From contig MU058636.1 of the NCBI GenBank assembly GCA_013265495.1, forward strand, positions 5,615,741 to 5,679,740: a stretch of DNA of 64,000 nt. The letters run 5' to 3'. This DNA comes from Vicugna vicugna. Taxonomy: Eukaryota. The position numbers were made by a program, and so were the translations under genes. Positions 37,730-49,439 of the stretch are shown piece after piece; within the stretch, counting starts at the first letter, position 1; every line of letters starts with the position of its first letter. The notes below the pieces were generated by a model. The model saw nothing but the letters and a program-made list of their open reading frames with translations. It ran no database searches and was not told the origin of the DNA.

Positions 37730-37835
37730 TTGGTTTGGCACACCATCAAGATTCTGGATGTTTCCAGTTTTATTTCTAAAAATTCCTTCCCTCAGATGAT
37801 TTTTCTAAAAGACTACTCTTCAGGTTTATAGAATT
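37700..37835 (-). other. Candidate exon (136 nt, or 105 nt from an internal acceptor at 37804)
   Basis: ttttttcttacag|AATTC...ACTCAA|gtaagtag; the 3' part reads [35 protein letters not shown]. Confidence 0.5.
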
Positions 37836-39037
37836 CTGTAAGAAAAAAATTTAAACAAGTACAGAGAATTATTCTCAGGCAATAATTCAAGTGAATTATT
37901 CAGGAAGTACATTTCTCAAAAGCCAGAATGGTTTTGAAAATCAACATAAAATGTGGGAATATTCCTAAATAGTAATGATTTCTCCAAAGACATTTATACT
38001 TAGGCTCACTAAGATCAGCCCTAGTAAAGCCGAAGGACTTGTTGTAAATGTAAGTTTACAGACCAAAAAGTTTAAACTATCAAGGTAAAAAATTGGCATA
38101 TTTTTAAACTTTTTAAAAAGGAAAACCAAAGGTATTTAAAAACTTGAAATAAGAGGTGGCTCAGTTACAAAGCCAAGGTATTCTTTTAAATAAGCTTTAA
38201 GATCTCAGTTTATATATTTTATAATAGTAGGGAAAAAATTATAAAATTATTTTTCTGAAAGTCAGCTTAAAAGTAAAATGATTAAAGACTTTAGTATAAA
38301 GAGAATCTTAAACTTTTCAAATACGGTAAGAGTTCATTTTCCAAAATGTTAGGTAAATTCTTATTGGAGTCATTAAGTTTGTCGTCACTAATTCTTTCCA
38401 TCGCTTGGAAGTTGGCCACATCTCTCTACGTCCTAGTTTCTTATATAAGCTACCTTGAAGCCTCTCCTGCAGTGTCCTGTTCTGCTTTATTCCTTCTGGA
38501 AAAAGGACCAAATTCTCAGAAGTAGGGAAGGTTGGAAATGTGAATTTTTCGTTTAACTAAAATTTTACTCACTGATCAGCAGGTTGTCCTTTGGGGTGGG
38601 AAATAAAATATCTAGAATAAATAGACTTATGTGTGAGTTTAGCACTGCTAAATGCTAACTATATAACCTTGGACTTAATTTCCTCAAATCTTAATTTATT
38701 CACCTGTTAAATGATACTTTCTGGCATTTATCGAACATTTCTTTGTGCCTGGCATATTTGGCCAATGGAATGTGAGTACAGAGGAACATGCCAAGTCTGA
38801 ACAGAATCTTTACATGTGCTGCTTGGAAATTATATTTTCTTAATTCTTGATGTTGCAGAAACTCCCCTGTGGGGGGAATAAATTTGATGATGAGAATAAT
38901 AATGATATGGTTTGATCATGGTAGCTAATATATTTTTGATAGGTACTGTGTTAATGTGTTTTACATATTTACATTTTGAGGAAAATCTATTGATTTGGTC
39001 TTTTTAATAGAAATTTACCAACTCAAAAATGTGTGAA

Positions 39038-39191
39038 GGGGGAGGGTATAGCTCAGTGGTAGAGTACATGCTTAGCATGCACGAGGTCCTGGGTTCAATC
39101 CCCAGGACCTCCATTAATAAATAAATAAATACATACAAAGACACATAAATACATAAATAAACAAACAAATCTAATTACATCCCCCACCCCA
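39038..39191 (+). mobile_element. tRNA-Ala(AGC)-derived SINE, camelid Vic-1 type
   Basis: A box tagctcagtggtagag, anticodon arm tgcttagcatgca, B box ggttcaatccc, CCA, (TAAA)n tail; 13-bp TSD aaaaat(g/a)tgtgaa at 39025-39037 and 39192-39204. Confidence 0.9.
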
Positions 39192-39439
39192 AAAAATATG
39201 TGAATGACATAGAAGAGTATGTACATACTTCTGCCCTTGAGAAAAGACCATGACAAAGCTAATGGGGTCTTGTCTTAATTCAAGTGCACAGTGACTCTAA
39301 AAGGTATGAAAGTTATTAAACTGGAGAAAAAACAGTGAGAAATTAGACTATGTTGAACAGGCAGTCAGTGGTATGGCAATACAGTGAGCTGGCCAGTGAG
39401 CTAACCAGTGAGTACTACACTCTTCTGAATACTGCTAAA

Positions 39440-39850
39440 GTCTTTCTGCCAGCCAGTGTAGACAGTCTGACAGGTGCCCAGAGGAACACCCGCTGTGGGC
39501 TCATCTGTAAAAAGAGGATTGTGCAAGCACCTATTTCAATAGGGTGCTGTGTGCTGCGTGAAAGCCTTTAGGTACTGCTGCGGTCACTGCTGTAATGCAG
39601 CAGATCGGGGTGGGTCTCTTTTTCATAGGGAACTTAGGGACTGTATCTTATTCAGGGAGAATTAAGATTTGATAACAGACTATTAAGCACAACATTCTGT
39701 GTGTGATTCTTTCACATATATTACCTCATTTTTCTTCTCAGTAATTCTGTGAGGTGAGTCTTGTTGGTGGAACTTTATAAAAGAATTCTTAAAGAGAGTA
39801 AGTTGCTCGAGTAGGATCACATAGCAAATAAGATTCTTCTATTTCTGACT
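39440..39850. mobile_element. MIR fragments
   Basis: 'ctcatctgtaaaaagaggatt' and 'ttacctcatttttcttctcagtaattctgtgaggt'. Confidence 0.6.
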
Positions 39851-40149
39851 TCTCTCTTCCCTCATATTTCTCTTTGTATCCTGGCACAGCTCCTCTTCCA
39901 CACACTCTCCAGTCTACATCTCAGCAAGCGTCTGTTCCATCATAGGCCTTTCTTTGTTCAGCTGGTTAATGGGCTTGGGCTCATTTTAGCTCTAGAGAAG
40001 ACAGATACCTGTGCAGATAAGGAAATGGGTCTGAAACTGCAGGAAGGAATTGACCACTAGAAGCCAGCAGCTTTGCAGAGCTCCCGTGGCACAGGTGTGG
40101 CCACTTACAGACAGCACTTACTGAACGTATGCTAAGGCACTTTATAATT

Positions 40150-41400
40150 TTAATGCTGTTATACATAATATCCTTTTACAAAATTACATTTTCTATATCC
40201 TATTGTTTACATTTGTTAATTCAATTGATTTTTTCTTAATCGATGTATCTATAAATATTTGTGAGCCTTCTGATTAATTTTATGTATTTTGGGGGGATGG
40301 CTTTGTACTCTTACATCAGAGACTAATGATAACTTTGTTTCTTTGTCATTCCTCATACTTTTATTTTTCTTTATAAACAGGCTAGGCCCTCGAGTCAGTA
40401 TTGATAATAGGTGGTAGCAGAAGACATTCTGATTCTATGTCTGATTTTAAGGAGAATGCTTCATGTTTCCCTACTTAGGCATGATGCTGACTGTACTGGG
40501 TTTTGTTTTTTGTTAATCACACAGTTCCTTCTTTTAAATCAAAATTTTTAATATGAAAGGATGTTGAATTTTAGTGAATGCATTTTCTCCATTAAGATGA
40601 TCAAAATTTTCTTTTTAATCTCTTAATTTATAAATTAATTAATCTTATAATGTCAAACCAACCATGCACTTCTGTATTATATTATCAAAGTACCCTTCTA
40701 GTCTTATCATAATGAAGGTTGGAATTTGTCAAATGCCCTTTAGATGACTAGACTTATCAATGAACAACAGTAATATATTCATAATTATTAAACCATCCTT
40801 GTATTCTGAGATCAACTATGCTTGGCTGTGGGAAGCAGTTCCTCTTAATCTTACTGATTTCTAATGCCTTCTTAGTGCAGTGTGCAGCAGTCAGTCTCAT
40901 AATCTTACTGATTTGTTTAGCTGGTGTCTTATTTGGTAATTTTGCACCCACATTTATTTTTTGTCCTCTGTCAAGTTTTTGTATCAGGAAGGCATTAATT
41001 TCATAAAATAAATATGGAAGCTATGAATCTTTATAAGTAAGATAAAGAAAATTTATATTGCATGAGGATTATTCATTCTTTGAAAATTTCAAAGAACCCA
41101 CAGGCAAAACTGGCCCTTAGAGTTACTTTTTTGGTAACTTTTAAAATTTCTCCTATTGGTTTTTGTTCTGTTCTGGTAAATAACTCCCAAATGAGTCATT
41201 ACAATATATGTTTTATTATTACATTGTCTATTATACTAAGTCTTTCAAGAAAGAGAACTATTTTCTGCTTGGAAAAAGTGACAAGGGCAGAGAGATATTT
41301 AATTAAGTTTTGTTCCTTATTGGAATTTTTCTCTTATATTTTACCCTATACTACAGTAGAACTACATACATAGGTTTAATGGTTAATTTAACATTTTTAT
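40150..41400 (-). mobile_element. Old L1M fragments
   Basis: T-rich; 'ctgattttaaggagaatgctt', 'ggatgttgaattttagtgaatgcattttct', 'aaaccatccttgtattctgagat'. Confidence 0.7.
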
Positions 41401-42579
41401 AAGTACAAAATAGATGAACAAGAATTTTTCCTAAGATTTGATAGCTCTTTGGAAATAATATTTGACTTTCCAAATATTTGTTTTTCTGGGTCTTTATCCA
41501 TTACTTACTTTTTATAGTTCACATTTTATTCAAACAATGTCTTTTCATTTGTTTTTCTACCTTGACAAGAAAAATTTTAAATTCTATCTTTGTAGTTATT
41601 CCCAAAGTTGCTATGTATAGCTATTAGCTCTAGAATATTGAACTTCACTGATGTAATAATCATTGAATATTTTCTCCTATAACCGAGCCATGACATAGGA
41701 TTGCAAGAAACTAATAATAAAATTATCTTTCTAATCTTTGCTTGAATTTCATATCAAGAGAGCTTAAGAAAACATTCCCAAGATAGGATATTTAAATTTA
41801 TGCAAATATAGCAAAATGAGGTGGTTCACTGTTGATTGTCCAAGCCTGGAGAGATAAAGAGCAGATTCTTTTACCCATTCTCCTCTTTTCAGAATAAAAG
41901 AACAAAAAAATGGAAATACAGAAAGATAATCTTGTTATTTATATAATTGTAGGGACGTTTCTAAAATGTAACATACAATATTCTAATTTTTACACAATTT
42001 TTTAAAGTATAGCATGCAATTCTTTAATTTCCTCATTTGCAAAGAAGAACCTCACTAATTAAATGATTTATAAATTGAAGATAATTACATTTGATTTTTT
42101 GAAGGAAAAATGCACATTTTAAAACATTTAAAATACTGGCTATTAATATTCAGTTGCATCAACAGGTATAAATGATGTGAAGTCAATCTTGATCCCAGAC
42201 ATAAATGGTCAAAACTACACCTAGACTGATAGTTGCCCTTTTCATTTATTTTTCAAGTAGCAGATTTGTTCTGTATCTCAAAAAAGAAGCTTGTGTAGTT
42301 ACCCTTCAAGGAACATTAAAAATACAAAGAAGCTCAAGTACACGTGAAAGCTTTCCTAAGCTGAGCAAAATAACTTGTATTGAATTCATTTTTAACAATA
42401 TTTCTAATCTGTTCCTCCCATAACTGAGACTAACTTATTCTGCTAAATAACCAAGAAAGACATATTTGATTCCAGATCTATCTGAGATATGAGAGGCCTT
42501 TGTTTTTCATATCCCTATAGCTGGACACAAGAGTCCCCTTCTCTGTCACAATAATGATAACTACCATTTATGTAGTACT

Positions 42580-42730
42580 TATATTCAGTGTAGTGAAAGC
42601 AGGCTGCTGACTAAATTCAGGTCATGATTCCTGTGCTGTCATGTGACCTGAGCAGATTACTTAAATCCTCCATGTCTATGCTGTCTCATTGGATTAAAAT
42701 GGGGATATTAATAGGACCTACTGATAGGTT
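42580..42730 (+). mobile_element. MIR
   Basis: 'tgtgacctgagcagattacttaaatcctc...taaaatggggatattaatag'. Confidence 0.75.
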
Positions 42731-43189
42731 TATTTATTATTTCCCATTTTATTTTTTGGCCCATATTTTACCCAGAGATTGTCAGGGCTTCAGGATGCCA
42801 GAGTTCTGAGTTATATTCTCTATGACAGATATGACTATATCCTTTCTGATGGGTCAATTGCTGCTTATGGTCACCAAAGACCCAACATGAACAGACTAAG
42901 AAAGTGAATGTCGTACAGATTGAAGAACCTAAATGTCTCTTCTAAAACCTGGATGTGATCCCTTAAAGATGGATAAAGAAGTACTTAAACAAAACACAAG
43001 ATTTGCAAACACAGAAGATTCACAATGATGTACAGTTCTACTTAACATACTGACATGTAAGACAAGCATTTGTAGTCTCATGGCTTTATTTTTCACTTGC
43101 ACATAGTTGATTTAGATAATTGCATCTTTTGCCTGCATCCAGTGACTTCCTTAGGCAAAGTATTTTTGGAGCCACTCAATTCCCATCTC

Positions 43190-43580
43190 TTCTCATTCAT
43201 TCATTCATATGCCAAGCATTGCCCAAGCACAGGGAAAACAAAAATAAACACAACATATTTTCTTGAAGAGCTCTAGTCTAGGGAGAAAGGGTCATGTAGA
43301 CAGATAATATTACAGGGATTTAAGCCAAAGTGTTGTACAAAATGATATGAGAACACAGACAAAAGAGCAAATAATTCTGCCTGGGGAAAAGGAGGGGTTC
43401 ATAGAGGAAATAACCTTTAAACTGAGTTTTGAAGGAATAATAGTAGTATTTCAGGGGAAGGGAATCCCAAGGGCATAAATGCACAAAAATAATACAGCAT
43501 GTTGGAAGAATAGGGAGGATTTTTATCTGATTCCATCAGTTGGTGCCTAGGGGATAATGGCAGCAAGTGATGTATGAAAA
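43190..43580 (-). mobile_element. L2 3' end
   Basis: (TCAT)n start, 'gagctctagtctagggaga', 'aactgagttttgaaggaat'. Confidence 0.7.
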
Positions 43581-43629
43581 TTAAATGGGGCCTCCAGAAA
43601 AAAAAAAGTTCCTCATTTAACAAAATCTA

Positions 43630-44420
43630 TTACATAAACGATAGTCTTAAAATAACAATACCAATACTACTGCCAACATGAGTATTAAGAACACTAAGAT
43701 TTTTTTGTATGTGCTCTCCCCAATTCTGCCTCTCTACTTTTTAATCATTACATATTATACTGTTGTCCTCTTAGCCTTTGTTTGGTCTTAGTTCTACTAA
43801 AAACTATCTATTTAATGTGCAGCACCTGTCCTTATGTTGATGTCTCTCTGGTCATTTGGTTAACTGAAGTTAATTCTCTAGCAGATTCTTCAGAAAGCGC
43901 TCATGAACCCCCTTTTCACTTGAAAGTCAGTTTTGCTGAATATAAAACGCCTGGCTCACATTTCCTTTCCTTGAGAATCTTAAGAAATGAGATGATCTTA
44001 TTTTCTTTGAGCAACAAATATCACTCTTGGAATCTGATGATTGTCTAATTATAATAACGTCTTATAAACCATGTGCTCTTTTCTTCTCCCTAGAAATTCA
44101 AATATTCTATTTTTCTTTAAACCCCAGAAGTTGTACATTACAGGATCTTGGTGTTAGCACTATGGATCAATATCTGTAAGTATGATGATGAGTAACTTCA
44201 AATCCTTATTTCAGAAAAATTTTCTTGAATTACAGTTTTAGCATTTCTTCTGATCCCTTGATTTAGTCTTCTTCTTTGATATTTATGTTTTAAGTCCCTT
44301 TTAAATAGTTGCTGTATCCCAAAGTCATAAAAACATTCTAAAAGTTGTAAAGCTTTGACTGTCACTGGAATTGAGCTTTGTGTATAGTGTGATATGTGTA
44401 CAAAATTCTTTTCATGAAAA
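43630..44420 (-). mobile_element. Old L1M fragments
   Basis: 'ttcacttgaaagtcagttttgctgaatataaaa', 'ttcagaaaaattttcttgaatta'. Confidence 0.55.
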
Positions 44421-46548
44421 CAGAGAAGAAAAATTTGTCCTTTGGCTTATCAAAAAGTTGTACTTCTGGGCAACTGTGTATTTGTATCTCATGGAATTAT
44501 GAATTAATTTGATTCATATGTGGTGTCTGACTCAGACATGAGGAATGTAAAAGTGTAGCAGTGGCCATGTTGGTTTAAGGCAGTAGAGAGAAAGAGCTGT
44601 GTTAGGAGCTAACAGTACTTCTACACACAGGCAGGCCAAGAGAGGACAAGTGGGTCTTGTGAACCAGATGGGCACCTTCCAGACAGAGAGATCAGCCAAG
44701 AAGACTTTTAAAAGGGACTGCTTTGCCCAAGAGATACACTTAAAGCAGAAGCCACTCAGAAGGGCACTGGGATCCCAACAAAAAGAATCTTGGTGGAGTG
44801 AAACGAGATGGTCACAGCTAGGTGTTAGCTGAAGTCCTAAGTGGTTACTTGGGAAAAAGGACAATCTTTAAATATTGCAGTTGGAGTTTACAGGGAGAGG
44901 AATCTAAAGAGCTTGCTTTAAATATCAAAGTCCTAAGAATGCCAGTTCCAGATTGTTACAGTAACAGCCATGTAAACCTGAGTCTTTTCCTCCAGTCCTT
45001 TTAACACTGGTCCAGCCCCAGAGGATCAGACACTGCAGCTAGCAGACTGCATGAGGAAGCAGTAGAGCAAGACAGGAAAACAAAGGAGAATCCAAACACT
45101 GTAAGCCTCTCAGCCTGAAACAGGTTTCAAAAGTGAGAAAGGTAAGCTTCAAATAAGGTAAGTCTATGGCGTTGTGAGATTATACATGGTCTGGAGATTC
45201 TGAGTATTTAAATGACACTTTTTGTGTGCAAAGGTGACCAGAGGATATTTTTGTTTTTTCAGAATGATTGGAAAAGCTATGACATCCACTCTAAAAATCA
45301 CTTAAAAGGTAGAAAAGAAATAGTCCATTGACTAGACCTGAAGGTAAGCACTGAGAAAAAAATATGCCTTTCTGGTCATCTTATAGTTGCCATTCACTAA
45401 CTGATTGTATTAGGTAAATAAACAAATTAATTTATGCTGACATAGATTGAAAAGGCCTAGGAATTACATGGCTAGGCCACGTGTGAACTAGAAGCCAATC
45501 AACAACCCTGAAATCGCACCTTTATTAGTCTAGTTGGTCCTCTTTCCACTTTTTCTAGTCTCAGATTTCATATTATCAATTGAATGTCTCTTTATTTGAT
45601 GCCCTGGAATCTCCTACCATTAAACCTTAGGCTTTTAAAAATTATTTGGGGGTACTGTACTTTTAGAATAAGAATGCCTTTGCAATGGTACTCAAGTTCA
45701 ATGACAGCCATGTGACTTGACCGGATGATAACACTGCTCTGAGTATAAAGTTGCCTTGAAGAAGTATAAGAATATTCTGCACAAAGCAAGGAAAATGGTT
45801 GAAGAAGCAAGACAGAAGAGAAGGATGTTTTCTCTTTGGGTTTACATGTAATTCTACACATAGACTTTTGAATTCCACATTAAAAAAAATCCACATTTAA
45901 AAATTTTTTTCTCTTGCTTTTCAATTATTTTAGTCATATAATCTGTTTTAAAAATGTTTGAAACTGGATGTTTTATCTCTTTTGTGCATTTTTTTATGCC
46001 TGTGTTTTGTGATTATGTACAATTTTATGTAGGAGGAAAAGAACATTTTCTTTTCTAATATATTTCCTCTATACATAAACTCCACTATTGAAACACTCTT
46101 AAAAATGGTTACAGAACATGTACGTGGTCTTCGGATATATCTACCTCCGTAATCTAGTCACTAAGTGCCTACTACAAACACCACAAGGGCAGGAACTGGG
46201 CCTGTTTTAACCTGATTTATAAAAAACTAACTTTCTCTCATTATTCTGTAAGTTATGGCCCTCTACCATTCAAACTATTCATTATAAATGAAATAGTAAC
46301 CCCAAAGGTAGATAGCAGGGAAAACTAAAATGAACTGTCTTGATCAACGAAGACATCATCCTTTTCTCATCTAATAACTTCCAAATTCTGGACAAAATAT
46401 AAGGAGAAGCAAAAACAGGTTTTTATTATTGCATAAATCTGAATATGACTCTCCAAAAAATTTTTTAAGTAAAAAAAGAACTGAAAATTTTAGCCCCAAG
46501 TCTACCTTTGAATGTTGATACTGATGATTTAAGAGCAGTGTAGGATTG

Positions 46549-46606
46549 ATGATTAAATGTTTAATCATGATAATGATTAAATGTTTAATCATGATAATGA
46601 TTAAAT
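46549..46606. repeat. 24-bp tandem repeat of palindromic units
   Basis: (atgattaaatgtttaatcatgata) x2.4. Confidence 0.95.
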
Positions 46607-48139
46607 ATTGATGATTTAAAAGCAATTTAGGAAGACTTACATGAAATTATTGAATAAAATAATTTGAAATTAATACACTTAAGTAAAAGACAATTTGTAT
46701 CTTAAGTTTTATTGCAGAAAACCATAGGCAATCAATTAAGGATATAATTGTTTTTTAGAAATTTAAAAGTAAAACTTCAAGAAGTAGATAAATTGAGAGA
46801 AAATGTCAGCTTATAACTTTGATTTATAAAAGAACTCAATTATATGGTAAAGGGCTATGATAAGGGGGGTGTGTGTGTGTCAGGGGGTAGTTCTTAGAAT
46901 TTATCAGTTGTTTTGTACTAGTGTCAACTTTATTTTTAACATATAAAACTTATATTCTTCCTCTTATCACAAAAACTGAAGTAAATACGTTCCATCCCTC
47001 AATATGACTGTGTTTTTCAGATAAAGGGAACTTTGCACCCCTATTTATGGCTTCTTATTTCTCTACAATAACCCCATTCAGGGAAATAAAGGGCACATTT
47101 GTTTTACTGATCTCATCTAAGCACATTATAAAAGGCGAGATGACTGCCAGAAGATCTATACTTAAACTATTGGAATGTAATAGACTGAGAAATCCCTTAT
47201 AGAACACACAGAGGTCAGATCTGACACTTTAGCTTGACCTCATCATATCTGGCGTAAGAGCACTTAGTGATTTTTTTAAGCCATTAATAGAGCAGGGTTA
47301 TGGGAAAACTACTCTAGAATTGACATTTCATTTTTTTGTGTGCATGCAAGTGAATCCAATGTATGACTGCTTCTGAAGGATTACAAGACAAGTTTACCCA
47401 ACTATAGAATAGATAAAAAATGCAAACCCTAGTGATACAATTAGAGAATTGCAAACTCAAATGTGGAAAACAAAACGGTGCAGCAGATAGAAATGGTAAA
47501 TAAGGTGATTAAATTGTATTGTCATTACTTTTTTGTGTATGTATTTTTAAAGCAAGGAAATCAGGACACTTAATTAGTGTGACAATTTGTATCATTTTAC
47601 AGTCAATGCTATGAGTTTTTAAAATCTGTTCCAAGCAATATTTGTTTATTACACTATTAAGAAAATGAAAACAAACCACCAATAATAAAGGAAATCAGCC
47701 TCAGAAAACAGAATATTAGAAGGTATTTCCTTATTATAAGAGAATCTCCTACTGGATTCCAAGAGTGTTATGAAATTATTCAGTCTGTACTTACTGCATA
47801 ATTATCATGCTCCCTGGTAGGATAGGAACTAGGTGCACATTAGGGATGGGTATGAGAGTAGACAGGATAAAAACTGAAGACAAGGGCTTGTATTCAAGAA
47901 GCTCATAACTGTGAACTAGAATGATTCAAAGAGCAGAGTCAAAAGGGAAAAGCTGGAAAACAGTTCTTTTAGTGAATATTCAACTACAAAACTAGTTTTC
48001 CTCTTTAAAGAAAGAAAGCTCTCTGCCAGCATGCTGAACAGAACTTTCCTGTTTGTCTGATAAGAGCCTATTCTCCAATCTCTGGATGAATCATGCTGAT
48101 TATTAACACACTAGAGCAGAGCTCAGGTTCCATTTTGTC

Positions 48140-48816
48140 ACTTCCCAGGGTGAATGTTGAGTTTTAAAAAGATACTGTTTGTAAAGTGTCTGATGCATGA
48201 TAGGTTATTATGTATAAAATTATTTCTAGAGGAAGATAATTTTAACTTCAGCCTTCTAAGTGACATTGCCTCCATATACTGTTCTAATGGTTTGTTAGCA
48301 ACAAAAGTCCCTTGGAAGTCATTCATGTTAGAGCTCCTCTATACCAAATTTTATTCTAGGGTTATTCTATTATAATAAGTTTTATCCTAGGTAACAAAAA
48401 TTATTTCAGGATTTGTTAAATAGCAGTGAGAAGAAAACAATAAAGACATGTATGAACACTAAGTGTGGTAAAACTGTTTCAGAACAGTTCTGACTATGGC
48501 TTTCAATAAAATGGAAAAGCTGTATCTGTACAGCAGAGGCAAGTTGTTTCAATGCTTTTGCATCCTAGCATATAAGCGCAGGGATCAGTATTTAATAGGG
48601 ACTCAATCAGTGTCTACTGAATAAAACAAACTATGTGATAAGCAGAAATCTGGAAATATTGTAGGTTCTGAAATATTGCTGGCGTGTGGACAACCATTTC
48701 CCCCCTGAAGTTAAAATTATCTTCCTCTAGAAGTAATTTTATACATAATAACCTATCATGCATCAGACACTTTACAAACAGTATCTTTTTAAAACCCAAC
48801 AGTCACCCTGGAAAGT
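48140..48816. repeat. 112-bp inverted repeat (48140-48251 / 48705-48816), 453-bp spacer
   Basis: Manual alignment gives 108/112 identical with no gaps. Confidence 0.97.
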
Positions 48817-49439
48817 AAACATCTTTTTGGTTTTCAAATTAGGGAAATTTAAGCTTAGAAAACTTAGATAACTTACTCAGTTCCATCTATGCACACAGTG
48901 GGGTATCTGGGATTAAGGCTTACTCATTCGGACCTTTTTATAGCACACTCATGAATTGGCAGGCAAGGATTTATATAATTATTGTTTGAAATTAAAGTTA
49001 AGAAATCAAATCCATTCTGTCTGGGAAGCATGCATTTCTTTACTGGTATCTAGGGAAAATAAAAGGATGTATTTTCTTCCTGCCTGACTATAACACAGGC
49101 TTGTATTTTAAGAGCACCGAAGGAGACAGACTGAATTTACAGCTATGGCATAGTAATGTTCGGTTTGGGTAGAAACAGAACTACCCTGGTTCCTCAGCAA
49201 AAGGAGCAGAGGGCAAATGACAGGTAGGCAAACCCTAAAGAGAACTAAGGGTATTTCTTAGTGGCTAGGTGGGTATCACTTCCAGGAGGCACTAGAGACA
49301 TTTCTATAAGCAAGACAGAAAGCCATTGGTGTGTCCCTTGGGTTGTTTCCGATGTTTGGGGACAAGAAGTGGTAACGTGGGTACAGAAGAAGGGTATCAT
49401 CTTTATTAGCATCATTGAGACTCTCAGATTAAGGACACT

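Noticed and set aside
39038..39113. tRNA-Ala gene
   Set aside because: Has a simple-repeat tail and TSD, so it is a SINE copy.
48138..48799. Two similar ORFs (FKKILFVKCLMHDRLLCIKL) as paralogous peptides
   Set aside because: A by-product of the inverted repeat; no coding evidence.
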